DNA of 64,000 nt from an uncultured Candidatus Saccharibacteria bacterium (GCA_964468665.1 CAYXTS010000001.1:3418-67417), one strand, 5' to 3'. Counted from the first letter of the stretch, positions 11,884 through 22,682 are shown. The notes: generated by a model from the letters alone, not told the origin. Translations and numbers: made by a program.

Positions 11884-12006
11884 TGGGTGATGTGGAAAAG
11901 ATTTTGTAAAAAACTTAATAAAACTATTGCTTAAAATAAAAACAAGCATTATAATAAAGAGTATTAGAATGTTAAATTCAAAATAGATCATAGGAGAAAC
12001 AAAGAA

Positions 12007-15000
12007 GTGCATTTTTTGGGGCATAGAAGATGTGTAGAGATGGGGGGGATTGTCGCAGTGGCGGTGGGCGTCATCGGTTCTGCTTTGGGTGCTGCTCCGG
12101 TTTCCGCTTATACTACTTCTATTACTACATCTGGGACGGTCTCGGTGGATGTATCTTCTGCTGGTAATGGAGCAAGTCTCGGTACAGATAGTGTAGTAGT
12201 GAATTCCACTTGTCCGCTAGGCTATACTTTGTCCATTGGTGGTCCTAGTGATTCTAACTTATATAAGGGCGGGGACAGTACTAGTGGTTATGCCATTAAT
12301 GCTTCTTCTGGTACAGCTGCTAACCCTGTGCCTATATTAGGCAATAACTATACCAATACATGGGGTTATACTACAGCTAGCAGTCCTACGATTAATTCTA
12401 ATTTTATCGGTTTATCTAGCACTACGAACACAATAGCCACTAAATCATCCGCTTCCGCTAGCGGTGGAGATACGGTATCAGTCCATTATGGTGTATCGGC
12501 AGATAAATCCTTAGAGGCTGGACGCTATACTATGGCAAATAGTGGAGCGGTAACATACTATCTCATCCAAAATCCTAATTGTTCTATAGTAAACGTAGCT
12601 TATGATGGCAATAACGCTACTGCTGGCTCTATGGGTGCACTTGCCCACAACAATGTAGCAGAGAATAGTAGTATAAATCTCTATCCATCCAACTATTCTA
12701 AAAATGGCTATGGTTTTGCTGGCTGGTCTACTGAGCAAATAGATCCAGATGCTAGTAATGCCGCTACCCTTATTAGTACCGCAGCAGCAAATGGTAATAT
12801 CTATGGTCCTATGGCTACCATTACTGCAGATGCTAATTTCTTAAGTCATGCAACAGTATCAGGTAATAATCTAGTCGTAACATTATATGCCGTTTGGGTA
12901 AAGCCAGTCAATAACGCTACACTCCAGGGTTGGACTGGGTGCCCTAGTATGAACCAGGGTGACGTCATCGCGCTAAAAGATCAGCGTGACAGCAATGCCT
13001 ATGCTGTAGCTAAGCTAGCTGATGGTAACTGTTGGATGATAGAAAATCTACGGTTAGATGCCGAAAATACCAGAGGAGCAAGCAATATCGCTCTTTCACA
13101 AGGCTACAACACTACTAACTTCACTGGTCTAGCAGATGCAGAAAACACTAACTTCTCTGATTCCACTACTACTAACTACAAAAATACCAATACTGCCTAC
13201 TATGGTGCAGATAATAGTGGTGCAGAAATTATTATCTCAGCTTCAGATCATACTTATAATAGTACAGATTATTCTGGTTATCATTTCCCACGTTATAATA
13301 ATAGCAATACCTCTTCTCGCAATTCTTCTCCTAGTGATGGAACTACGGCATTATATTCTTACGGTAATTATTACACTTGGTCTGCCGTAGTTGCCGACAC
13401 TACATTCTATCATACTAACAACCAATCTGTTACTGATACCTCACTTTGTCCTAAGAACTGGCGTCTCCCACAAGGTGGTAATAAAACCAGAATTACATCA
13501 AATGATGATAATGACTTCTGGAACCTAACTGTAGATTATCTAAACGGTGGTACTAACCCTGCCAACTATGATAGTAACACACAACCATATTACACAGGAA
13601 CAGCAGAAGCCACTCCAGTAGCCAATAAACTTAGAAGTTATCCCAATAACTTCCTCTACTCCGGCAACTTCTATACGTCGTCAGCGAATTATAGAGGTAG
13701 TTACGGCTACTATTGGTCGTCTACTGCGGACGGTAACAGCAATAGCTACTACTTGTACCTGAATAGTTCCTACGTGTACCCAGGTACCAGTAGTAGCAAT
13801 AAGTCCCGCGGCAACAGTATTAGGTGTATAGCCATTACAGACTACACTGTCCATTTTGATGCTAATGGCGGAAGTGGGACAATGAGTAATCAGACAATAT
13901 CTGCTGGTGCAGCTACTGCGCTTTCTACTAATACCTTTACTCCACCAAATGCTGTTGCCATCTTTGATGGCTGGAACACAGCAGCTGATGGTAGTGGTAC
14001 TAGCTATACGGACGGCGAATCTGTAACCAATCTCACTACCGTAGGACAAACCATTACCCTCTATGCTCAATGGAAGACCTACTTATATAATGCTGTATCG
14101 GTTCAATCTAAAGGCAAGCAAACTAACGATACCAATACTACGACTGGCATCAAGACCAATCCTACTGCCCCTACTTCATCAGCTACAGTTTCTCCTAACT
14201 CTGGTGTCTATGAGTATGATAGTAGTGTATTCGGTGCAGATACTGATGGTACTAAGAGTGACAGCACTAAAGCTACCATCTACTACTACCGTGGCATTCT
14301 AGACAGTTATGGCAATACTAATACCAATGGTAGTGCAGGGCTCTCCGATGCTTATCCAAACTACGTCATTCTTTCTGCAAATGGTACCAAATCCACTTCT
14401 GATACCTGCTGGCGTATTATCCGTACTACTGGCTCTGGTGGTGTAAAGATGATTTATAACGGTCTTTGGACTGGGTCTACCTGTGCTAATGGTACTACCA
14501 GTACTAGAATTAGCTCACCTGTTACTACTAGTACATTTAATGGTACAGCTAGCACGCAAGCGCAGGCTCGTCAGGCTGTGCGTGTAGGTTACACCCATAA
14601 CAGTACTTATGCAACAACTTCAGGTTCTAATGTAGCGGTGGATACATTGTTTGGCAGTGATTCTAATTATTCTGTAAACGATGCCAATTCTACTGTTAAA
14701 GATAATATAGAGACTTGGTTTGGTGATACTTTAAGTGATTATGAGGGCATGTTGGAATCAAATGCTAATTATTGCAATGATCGTTCTGCCTTTACTACGA
14801 CAGCTGGGACTACTGCCACTTCTACTCTTTATTCATATACCACCTCTACTAGTACTGGTACTAGCTATAGAACTTATTTTGGGTCTTATGTCAGGAACAT
14901 GACCACCAATAAAGCCCCAAGTTTAGGATGTTCTCGTAGTACAGTAGATAGATATAGCACTAGTACTAGTGCTGGTGGTAATGGGCAGCTATCATCACCT

Positions 15001-16035
15001 GTGGCTTTAATTACGGCAGACGAAGCGAGCTTTGCTGGTTCTGGTAGTAGTACCGCTAGCCAGGGCTCCGGCTATAGTGCCAACTCGTTCCTTAGAACTG
15101 GCGATACATTTTGGACTATGTCGCCTTATTATCGTTCGGGTTCTTACGCTTATAATTTCTATATGAACGCTAACGGTTATATGACTTATGGGCGTGTTGA
15201 TACCCAATATGATATCCGCCCAGTCATCTCATTTAAAGAAGGCACTACGATCGCTTCTGGCTCTGGTATTGCTACGGATCCGTGGGTGGTGAAAGTAGAT
15301 ACTGGTGGTATTTCGTATATGCAGAATTTGACACCTGTAACTTGTCAGAAGAACGTGGGAGCAGATGGAATAGGTGATGAATTTACAGCTTACGATAAAC
15401 GTGACAACAAAGATTATACGGTTCGCTATATCAATGGTTCTTGTTGGATGACCCAAAATCTTCGTTTTACGGATACTTCGGTTTCTGTTGCCAAATCTAA
15501 TGTTACTACTGACAAAACCCTTACTTATTATAGTTTAGATTCTAGTGACTCGTCTTATAGTGGCCATTGTGATAGTACTAATGCTTATGATAATGCCTGC
15601 ATCAAGGATTCTGGTTCTACTTCTACTGGAGTGTGGTACAACTACTATGCTGCTACTGCTGGTACTATTGCTGGTTCTTCTAATAACACTAATGCTACGC
15701 AAGATATTTGCCCAAAAAATTGGCATCTACCTTCTGCTCCTAATACTACAAGTGGTACTGACTTTAATGAGTTAATAGGTAATACTAACTCTGGGTGGCA
15801 GAGTGCCACTGCTGGTCTTACTGCTTTTGGCGCTGTTGCTGGTGGTGCTTATTCTATGACTACGGGTTCACTTATTAATACTGGATACGGTTATTGGTGG
15901 TCTGCTACTGCGCGGACTACTACATCACGTAATAATATGCGTTATCTTAGTAGTAGTAATACCTTTAATGGTAATGATTACTATGGTCGGGATACTTTTG
16001 GATTCTATGTCCGTTGCGTTCTTAGCGATACATAA
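12007..16035 (+). CDS. large secreted/surface protein: FISUMP-like domain, InlB-B-type repeat, DUF6273-like lectin-fold domain, second FISUMP-like domain
   Basis: Signal/TM N-terminus. DGNCWMIENL..CPKNWRLP..GYYWSST..SIRC; HFDANGGSG..FDGWNTAADGSG..LYAQW; WTMSP..IRPVISF; GSCWMTQNL..CPKNWHLP..YVRC. SD AGGAGA before GTG. Confidence 0.8.
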   Translation: MHFLGHRRCVEMGGIVAVAVGVIGSALGAAPVSAYTTSITTSGTVSVDVSSAGNGASLGTDSVVVNSTCPLGYTLSIGGPSDSNLYKGGDSTSGYAINASSGTAANPVPILGNNYTNTWGYTTASSPTINSNFIGLSSTTNTIATKSSASASGGDTVSVHYGVSADKSLEAGRYTMANSGAVTYYLIQNPNCSIVNVAYDGNNATAGSMGALAHNNVAENSSINLYPSNYSKNGYGFAGWSTEQIDPDASNAATLISTAAANGNIYGPMATITADANFLSHATVSGNNLVVTLYAVWVKPVNNATLQGWTGCPSMNQGDVIALKDQRDSNAYAVAKLADGNCWMIENLRLDAENTRGASNIALSQGYNTTNFTGLADAENTNFSDSTTTNYKNTNTAYYGADNSGAEIIISASDHTYNSTDYSGYHFPRYNNSNTSSRNSSPSDGTTALYSYGNYYTWSAVVADTTFYHTNNQSVTDTSLCPKNWRLPQGGNKTRITSNDDNDFWNLTVDYLNGGTNPANYDSNTQPYYTGTAEATPVANKLRSYPNNFLYSGNFYTSSANYRGSYGYYWSSTADGNSNSYYLYLNSSYVYPGTSSSNKSRGNSIRCIAITDYTVHFDANGGSGTMSNQTISAGAATALSTNTFTPPNAVAIFDGWNTAADGSGTSYTDGESVTNLTTVGQTITLYAQWKTYLYNAVSVQSKGKQTNDTNTTTGIKTNPTAPTSSATVSPNSGVYEYDSSVFGADTDGTKSDSTKATIYYYRGILDSYGNTNTNGSAGLSDAYPNYVILSANGTKSTSDTCWRIIRTTGSGGVKMIYNGLWTGSTCANGTTSTRISSPVTTSTFNGTASTQAQARQAVRVGYTHNSTYATTSGSNVAVDTLFGSDSNYSVNDANSTVKDNIETWFGDTLSDYEGMLESNANYCNDRSAFTTTAGTTATSTLYSYTTSTSTGTSYRTYFGSYVRNMTTNKAPSLGCSRSTVDRYSTSTSAGGNGQLSSPVALITADEASFAGSGSSTASQGSGYSANSFLRTGDTFWTMSPYYRSGSYAYNFYMNANGYMTYGRVDTQYDIRPVISFKEGTTIASGSGIATDPWVVKVDTGGISYMQNLTPVTCQKNVGADGIGDEFTAYDKRDNKDYTVRYINGSCWMTQNLRFTDTSVSVAKSNVTTDKTLTYYSLDSSDSSYSGHCDSTNAYDNACIKDSGSTSTGVWYNYYAATAGTIAGSSNNTNATQDICPKNWHLPSAPNTTSGTDFNELIGNTNSGWQSATAGLTAFGAVAGGAYSMTTGSLINTGYGYWWSATARTTTSRNNMRYLSSSNTFNGNDYYGRDTFGFYVRCVLSDT

Positions 16036-16361
16036 CACCTGATGTATTTATATGAAATAATAAGTACTTGTGCGTTTATGGTTTATTGTAGAAAATAGGG
16101 ATGATCAAGAATTATTGGTAGTTTGGTTCGGGCTTTTGTTGACAATCCTTCCGCTGAAAATGGCGATACGCTTCGCATAGAAACCTATTCTGGTACTCTA
16201 TATATAAATTAAATGGTCACGCAGCTTATATATTTTCAAGTTCACAATCCACCTTTGATATTACAGTAACTACCAATATTGATGTCTTGATACAAAACGG
16301 CAACGTTTATGTGACTACGAGCTAGTAAGGATAGATGATGGTTGCACTAGGTTAACAAAAA

Positions 16362-16437
16362 TGGTCTGGGTGATCGGACTTGAACCGACGACCTCAGCGT
16401 CCCGAACGCTGCACGCTACCAACTGCGCTACACCCAG
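16362..16437 (-). tRNA. tRNA-Pro(CGG)
   Basis: Cloverleaf; anticodon arm CAGCG TT-CGG-GA CGCTG; 3' CCA. Confidence 0.94.
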
Positions 16438-16454
16438 ACAATGATGAATTTGTT

Positions 16455-16529
16455 TGGTCGGGGGTACCAGGATTGAACTGGCGACCTCACGCCCCCCAGA
16501 CGTGCGCGCTACCACTGCGCCAACCCCCG
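16455..16529 (-). tRNA. tRNA-Pro(GGG)
   Basis: Cloverleaf; anticodon arm CACGT CT-GGG-GG GCGTG; 3' CCA. Confidence 0.93.
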
Positions 16530-16554
16530 ATAACAGCCCGGTGAACCGGGCTAA

Positions 16555-17217
16555 TTATGAATTGCTGACATATTGATGAATGATGATCGTATCGTCATTT
16601 ATGTAATCATCGTAGGCGAGAATATAATCTACTACTAGTTGATTATCTTGATACGATGAAATTATGACTTCTGCATCGTCATGGTCGATAATCCCTTCGG
16701 GTATATCACCATTATAACCAAATCGGATTTTATATTCTGGTAGGGCAATGGACGTGGGTTGTAAATTGTGAGAGCGTCTATTGCCTAGGAGTTTAGGTGT
16801 GGATCTCGGCTGATAGAAAGAGATTTGTAGGTCACAAATGGAATCGTTACAAATTCTGAGATCATAGCCGGTTTTGTAGTTGTGCAGATATGTACAGAAT
16901 TGGCCGTCTGAAGTAACGAATGCCATAATGGGCTTCCAGAATCTGCTTTTAAGTAATTCTCGAAGGGCCTTGCTAGTGCTGGGATGGTTACGCAAAATAT
17001 CGTAATAGGTAGTTTTTGGGTTGTTCAAAGAACGAATTTTGATACCTAAAAGATTTTCTGGGTCGAAATGGCTACTGGAGATTAAGCGTCCATAGGTATA
17101 TTCAGTTTTAGGGCTGTAGCTTATTTGACTGGATTTTGCAATCAGTAATCCGCCGCCATTGACCCAACTGACATAATCTGGGGTGGTTTGATAGCGTACG
17201 AAAACTTTAGTTTCCAT
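16555..17217 (-). CDS. hypothetical protein
   Basis: 220-aa ORF with strong SD (AGGAGG) between tRNA-Pro genes; no motif recognised. Confidence 0.7.
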   Translation of the reverse strand: METKVFVRYQTTPDYVSWVNGGGLLIAKSSQISYSPKTEYTYGRLISSSHFDPENLLGIKIRSLNNPKTTYYDILRNHPSTSKALRELLKSRFWKPIMAFVTSDGQFCTYLHNYKTGYDLRICNDSICDLQISFYQPRSTPKLLGNRRSHNLQPTSIALPEYKIRFGYNGDIPEGIIDHDDAEVIISSYQDNQLVVDYILAYDDYINDDTIIIHQYVSNS

Positions 17218-17380
17218 GTTACACCTCCTATAATGATATCAGCAATTCGATTTTAATGTTCAATAATTGACTGTATTATACCATCTTTTTTGGGGTAATT
17301 GAAAAAAATAAAACACTTTGCCAGTGTTCTACTTATGATACGTATTTTGTGGAGCGATATGCTTTGTCCACGTCTTGATG

Positions 17381-17456
17381 TGGTCTGGGTGACAGGACTT
17401 GAACCTGCGACCTCGACTTCCCAAAAGTCGCGCGCTACCAACTGTGCTACACCCAG
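17381..17456 (-). tRNA. tRNA-Pro(TGG)
   Basis: Cloverleaf; anticodon arm CGACT TT-TGG-GA AGTCG; 3' CCA. Confidence 0.94.
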
Positions 17457-17522
17457 ATAGTGTTATTATATCACATTTTGGGTTTGTGTGGTATAATTTA
17501 CTTACGTAAAGGAGAATTATAA

Positions 17523-19445
17523 GTGGCAGGTAATATGACCAGCAATGCAAAAGGGAAACCTTCAGTAAATAACAAATCTAATACAGTTAGGAGCATTTTA
17601 TTCACTTTTGTTCTGGTTTGTTTTGGGGTTTTTCTGGTTGCAAATATGAACTATGGCGGTATTGAGAAAAAGGAAATTCCAATTTCGGAAGTAATCGCAA
17701 GAGCTAATGACCCAAAGGGGAATATTGCAAAAATTACAGTAACTGGTGATACTTTGGATATTACCCTGAAGGATAACGATCAGCCTACAGAAACATCCAG
17801 AAAAGATGGTGCGGGGACGCTCTACGACCAGGGTTTGATTAATTATTGTGATGGAATGGAGGCTGAAGAATTAAAGAAATGCCAAGATGAATATCCGATT
17901 ATAGAGTATAAGGAGGAAATTAATACTTGGGGGATAGTATTAGACGTGGCTTTGACAGTGTTACCGATCATTGCGATAGTAATTTTCTTTAGCTGGATGT
18001 TAAGGCAAGCTAATGCAGCTAATAATCAGTCAATGGCTTTTGGGAAGTCTCGAGCAAAACTATACGGGCCAGATAAGAAAAAAGTGACGTTCAAGGATGT
18101 AGCCGGAAATGAAGCTGCCAAGCAAGATTTAACGGAGATTGTAGATTTCTTAAAGAATCCGAAAAAATACGAAAAATTGGGCGCAAAGATACCGAGGGGT
18201 GTATTGCTTGCGGGTGACCCTGGTACTGGTAAGACATTAATGGCTCGTGCAGTAGCGGGCGAGGCGGATGTGCCATTTTTCTCGATTTCTGGGTCGGAGT
18301 TTGCGGAGATGTTTGTAGGTGTGGGGGCGAGCCGAGTACGAGATTTGTTCTCTAAGGCAAAGAAAAACGCTCCGTCGATTATCTTTATTGACGAGATAGA
18401 TGCGGTAGCACACAAACGTGATGCAAGGGGTGGAGCAGGGCGAGAAGATGAGCAGACTTTGAATCAGATTTTAGTAGAAATGGATGGATTCGATAATGAT
18501 TCTGGGGTGATCGTGATGGCGGCGACGAACCGAGTAGATATGCTAGATAAAGCATTGCTTCGTCCGGGGCGGTTTGATAGACACGTAAACGTGACATTAC
18601 CAGAGAGAAAAGATAGGTTGGAAATTTTGAAAGTTCATTTCAAAGGAAAGCCTGTAGAGGAGGATGTAGATCTCGAAGCATTAGCAAAGAAGACAGCTGG
18701 TTCTAGTGGGGCTGATCTTGCAAATGTTGCGAATGAGGCAGCGATTACGGCGGCTAGAGAGGGTCACAAGGCGATTTCAAATAAAGATGTAACTGAGGCG
18801 TTTGAGCGAGTAGCGATTGGGCCAGAGAGAAAATCTAAGGTAATGAACGACAAAGAAAAGAAAATTACAGCTTATCATGAGGCTGGGCATGCGATAGTAG
18901 GACATGTGCTTCCCGATTCGGATCCAGTGCATAAAGTTACAATAATTCCGAGAGGTGCTACGGGTGGTGTGACGTGGTTTTTGCCACCAGAGGATAGGAG
19001 CTATAAGAGTATTTATGAACTTAAGGATATTTTAGCAAGGGCGATGGGTGGACGTATAGCGGAAAAGTTAGTCTTTGGTAAGGACGCGGTTACGACTGGT
19101 GCATCATCTGATCTAAAAAATGTTGCAAGTTTATCTAAATCTATGATTGTGGAGGAAGGTATGGGTGATGGTTTGAGGAATATTGTATTTCCAGGAGAAG
19201 AAACAGGATATTATACGATAACAACTGGCAAGCCATATTCTGAGAAAACTGCAGAAGTGATTGATATGGAGATTAAGAAACTATCAGATGAGGCGGCAAG
19301 GAGGGCCGAGGAAGTGTTAAAAGCAAATAAAGCTATACTTGATAAGCTAGCAGAGGAGTTACTTGTACATGAAACGCTTGAAGAGACAGAGCTTGAGCCG
19401 ATTCTAAAAGGCACTAAATTACCAGCGAGTGCTAAATTGTATTGA
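17523..19445 (+). CDS. ftsH: ATP-dependent zinc metalloprotease FtsH
   Basis: Two TM helices, [31 protein letters not shown]. Confidence 0.97.
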   Translation: MAGNMTSNAKGKPSVNNKSNTVRSILFTFVLVCFGVFLVANMNYGGIEKKEIPISEVIARANDPKGNIAKITVTGDTLDITLKDNDQPTETSRKDGAGTLYDQGLINYCDGMEAEELKKCQDEYPIIEYKEEINTWGIVLDVALTVLPIIAIVIFFSWMLRQANAANNQSMAFGKSRAKLYGPDKKKVTFKDVAGNEAAKQDLTEIVDFLKNPKKYEKLGAKIPRGVLLAGDPGTGKTLMARAVAGEADVPFFSISGSEFAEMFVGVGASRVRDLFSKAKKNAPSIIFIDEIDAVAHKRDARGGAGREDEQTLNQILVEMDGFDNDSGVIVMAATNRVDMLDKALLRPGRFDRHVNVTLPERKDRLEILKVHFKGKPVEEDVDLEALAKKTAGSSGADLANVANEAAITAAREGHKAISNKDVTEAFERVAIGPERKSKVMNDKEKKITAYHEAGHAIVGHVLPDSDPVHKVTIIPRGATGGVTWFLPPEDRSYKSIYELKDILARAMGGRIAEKLVFGKDAVTTGASSDLKNVASLSKSMIVEEGMGDGLRNIVFPGEETGYYTITTGKPYSEKTAEVIDMEIKKLSDEAARRAEEVLKANKAILDKLAEELLVHETLEETELEPILKGTKLPASAKLY

Positions 19446-19473
19446 CAATAAACAAGAATGAAAGGGTAATACG

Positions 19474-21984
19474 ATGGAAAGATTTTTGGATTATTTTGTA
19501 CCAGAGAGATATGTCTTGGATATCGTGATTGATAAGGAGAGAAAGACGATTGGTGGAGAGGTGCTAGTAGAGGGGGAGATTTTGGCAGAAATAGTGAAGT
19601 TTCATGTGGTGGAATTAGAGGTGGACTATGTGGAGGTGAATGGCAAAAAGGTGGAATTTAAATATGAAAATGGCGTTTTGAGCCTTTTTAAGGCTCCTCT
19701 GGGGAGTGGAGATATTAAAATAGGGTACCATGGCTCTCTAAATGAAAACATGGAAGGAGCGTATCTTTCTACCTATGAATATAAGGGAAAAACAGAGGTG
19801 ATTGTGGCAACACAGTTTGAATCGCATTATGCTAGAGAAGCATTCCCTTGTATCGATGAACCAGCAGCAAAAGCCGTATTTGAACTATCTATTTCTATTC
19901 CGGATGGTTCAAAAGATATAGTGTTGTCCAATATGCCAACAAAGGACGAACTAGAGATACGTTTATTCTCGGGCCGAGGTTCCTCGCTCCCGTCGTCACG
20001 GGGCTCGGACCCCTCATACCTCGGTCGTAACCTCCGGACGCCCTCGAATAAAGTATCTTCGGGTTCGTCTCCATGTTATCACACTATATCTTTTGAGCCG
20101 ACTCCGAGGATGTCTACATATTTACTAGCTTGGGTGGTTGGGCGTTTTCATGGCAAAACGGTGAAGAATAGTCATGGAGTGGAGATTACGACTTATGTGG
20201 CTATGAATCAGGATCTGGATTCGGTGGATTTTGCAAATGAGGTAGCGGCGAAGAGCTTGGAATTTTATGATGATAATTTTGGGGTACCGTATCCTTTGAG
20301 GAAGCTAGATCAAGTGGCATTGCCGGATTTTGAAGCAGGTGCGATGGAAAACTGGGGGTTGGTAACGTATCGTGAGTCAATGTTACTAATTGGAAAAACA
20401 GCAACTGTTAGTGACAAAAAGAGCGTAGCATTGACAGTAGCACATGAATTGTCGCATCAATGGTTTGGAGATTTGGTGACAATGGAATGGTGGGATGATT
20501 TGTGGTTGAATGAATCTTTTGCTAGTGTGATGGAATATTATGCTATCCAGGATATTTACCCGGAATTCAATATATTTGAGAGCTTTTTTACAAGAGATTG
20601 CTGTGCAGCGTTACTACGTGATGCATATACTGGAGTGCAGTCGGTACATCAAGACGTAAAAGACCCAGCGGAAATTGCTACTTTATTCGATTCTGCAATT
20701 GTGTATGCTAAGGGAGCGAGGCTGATGTTGATGCTGATTAGATTGATGGGTTGGGAAAGTTTTTGTAAAGGCATAAAGGATTATTTCAAAAAGTACCAGT
20801 ATAAAAATGCAGTAGGTGATGATTTATGGAGGAGCTTGAAGTCGTATGCGGATTTTGATCCGAAACAGATGATGCACGCATTTATTGATAGGCCGGGTTA
20901 TCCTGTCATAACGAATGAAGGTGAGGATTTTGAGAAGTTTTCACAAAAGCGGTTTTTGTTGGATGGGCCTCTTACGGATGAGAAATGGCCTTTGCCAAGA
21001 ATTACGGAGGATATGTCTGGACATTATGTTTTGAATTTGAATGAGAAAGAATTTGGTGAACGATTGGAGAACTATAATGAATTGGGGTTAGAGGAAAAAC
21101 TAAGACTTTTAATTGATAGAGATTTAATTACGAAATCTGGTATTCAGAGTGCTGTATCGCTATTTCCACTAGTAATGAAACTAAAAGATGAAGAATCGGC
21201 AGCAATTTGGAATAAAATAGTAGGGTTGATTGCTAATTTGAGAGTTTATTTTGATGATGATTCGGCTGAGGAGAAGATGCTGAAGGAGTTTGTTTTGAAA
21301 CTGATAGATAAAAAAATGGACAAGGTTGGAATTATGACATCTGATGATGACGACGAGAATATGATTCGGTTAAGAGCGAACTTGCTAGGATTAGATTATT
21401 TTGCGGAGGATAGGAAGAGGTTTGAGCAGCTTGCTAAGATGTATGAAAGCAATCCGAGTGAGATGGATAATGAAATTCGTTTTGATATTCTGAGTGCTAA
21501 GGTGTATTTAGACTCTAGTGTTGTGGATGGGTACATGAAGATTTATAAAAATGTAGTGGAACCAGACATAAAGTATGATTATTTAGCGGCGGCAACATTG
21601 GTACGGGGTGAAAAATACTTACAGAAGCTAGTGGGATTACTTGGTGATGTAAAGGTAGTAAAGCCACAGGACCAATTGCACTTGTTTGTCTATCTGTACC
21701 GGAACCCAAAATCCAGAGCACAGGTATTTGAGTGGCTGACAAAGAATTGGGATTTTGTGGAGAAAACGGGCGGGGAGAAAACACTAAGTGATTATCCAAT
21801 GCTGGTAGCACGAATGGCGCGAACTGAGGATGAGCTAGAGCGATTCGAAAGATTTTTCGGGCCGATGCGAGAAGAGCCAGCTCTTTCTAGGGCGATTGAA
21901 ATTGGTGAAAATGAAATAAGGGCCAGAATAAAGATGATTCAGGAAAACCAAGAAGCGGTAATTAACGAGTTAAAGAAGTATTAG
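19474..21984 (+). CDS. pepN: M1 family aminopeptidase N with palindromic-element insertion
   Basis: TQFESHYAREAFPCIDEP, GAMENWG, HELSH-x18-E, VYAKG. Confidence 0.95.
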   Translation: MERFLDYFVPERYVLDIVIDKERKTIGGEVLVEGEILAEIVKFHVVELEVDYVEVNGKKVEFKYENGVLSLFKAPLGSGDIKIGYHGSLNENMEGAYLSTYEYKGKTEVIVATQFESHYAREAFPCIDEPAAKAVFELSISIPDGSKDIVLSNMPTKDELEIRLFSGRGSSLPSSRGSDPSYLGRNLRTPSNKVSSGSSPCYHTISFEPTPRMSTYLLAWVVGRFHGKTVKNSHGVEITTYVAMNQDLDSVDFANEVAAKSLEFYDDNFGVPYPLRKLDQVALPDFEAGAMENWGLVTYRESMLLIGKTATVSDKKSVALTVAHELSHQWFGDLVTMEWWDDLWLNESFASVMEYYAIQDIYPEFNIFESFFTRDCCAALLRDAYTGVQSVHQDVKDPAEIATLFDSAIVYAKGARLMLMLIRLMGWESFCKGIKDYFKKYQYKNAVGDDLWRSLKSYADFDPKQMMHAFIDRPGYPVITNEGEDFEKFSQKRFLLDGPLTDEKWPLPRITEDMSGHYVLNLNEKEFGERLENYNELGLEEKLRLLIDRDLITKSGIQSAVSLFPLVMKLKDEESAAIWNKIVGLIANLRVYFDDDSAEEKMLKEFVLKLIDKKMDKVGIMTSDDDDENMIRLRANLLGLDYFAEDRKRFEQLAKMYESNPSEMDNEIRFDILSAKVYLDSSVVDGYMKIYKNVVEPDIKYDYLAAATLVRGEKYLQKLVGLLGDVKVVKPQDQLHLFVYLYRNPKSRAQVFEWLTKNWDFVEKTGGEKTLSDYPMLVARMARTEDELERFERFFGPMREEPALSRAIEIGENEIRARIKMIQENQEAVINELKKY
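19944..20070 (+). mobile_element. family-A palindromic element, in frame in pepN
   Basis: Arms agatac-g-tttattc/gaataaa-gtatct, extendable to ggacgaac/gttcgtct. 22-nt and 12-nt exact matches to the pcrA copy. Confidence 0.8.
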
Positions 21985-22033
21985 ATAATAGGGGATTCTA
22001 ACATAATGAGCAGATAGAATTTGCTTATTATGT

Positions 22034-22120
22034 TGGTCCCCGAGACAGGGGTTGAACCTGCACGTCCGTGAAGACACTAGCACCTGAAGCTAGCGCGTCT
22101 GCCAATTCCGCCACTCGGGG
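22034..22120 (-). tRNA. tRNA-Leu(CAG)
   Basis: Long variable arm; anticodon arm CTAGC TT-CAG-GT GCTAG; 3' CCA. Confidence 0.94.
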
Positions 22121-22141
22121 ATATAGAGATTATATCATAAA

Positions 22142-22171
22142 AATCCCCCAGCGAGTAAGTGCTGGGGGATT
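22142..22171. terminator. intrinsic terminator-like hairpin
   Basis: aatcccccagc...gctgggggatt inverted repeat downstream of the 22229-22558 ORF. Confidence 0.65.
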
Positions 22172-22228
22172 GAATTAAAGAAAAGCAAAAGCGTGGCGTG
22201 AACAGTGGGTATTGTGGTGGTTAGGTAG

Positions 22229-22558
22229 TTAGAAAGGAAATGAATGGGTATGGGTTGTGTCTGGGTTTGGGTTTTTGAGTTCACACCTTTCTTTGTAGCA
22301 AATCCAGTTTGCTACGGCTTTGCTTTTCTCTAATGTACAGAGCTCTTTTATTAGCTCTTCGTTTGTGCCGTAATACTTGGCCTCGAAGACAACATCTCTG
22401 TCTTCGATGAAGCTTTGGCTTGCTTCATTAAGAGGCAGGCGAGTTCCTTTCAGGACATGCCAAGCCTCGATTCTGAAACCGTTTTTTTGGAATAATTTGA
22501 TGGTTTCCTCGTAGCCGTCGACCTTGATGATGTCGACGAGAACTTGGCATTTTGCCAT
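22229..22558 (-). CDS. small hypothetical protein
   Basis: 109-aa ORF with purine-rich SD-like sequence upstream and a downstream hairpin. Confidence 0.6.
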   Translation of the reverse strand: MAKCQVLVDIIKVDGYEETIKLFQKNGFRIEAWHVLKGTRLPLNEASQSFIEDRDVVFEAKYYGTNEELIKELCTLEKSKAVANWICYKERCELKNPNPDTTHTHSFPF

Positions 22559-22682
22559 CTCTCGCTCACCTCTTTCTTAAAAATAGGTTTCTGATATAGT
22601 TTTATCACACTTTTATGAAAAATGCAATACTTTTATTGAGAGAAGTTTTTGTTATAATAGAATTAGAGAAATTGGAGGTAAT

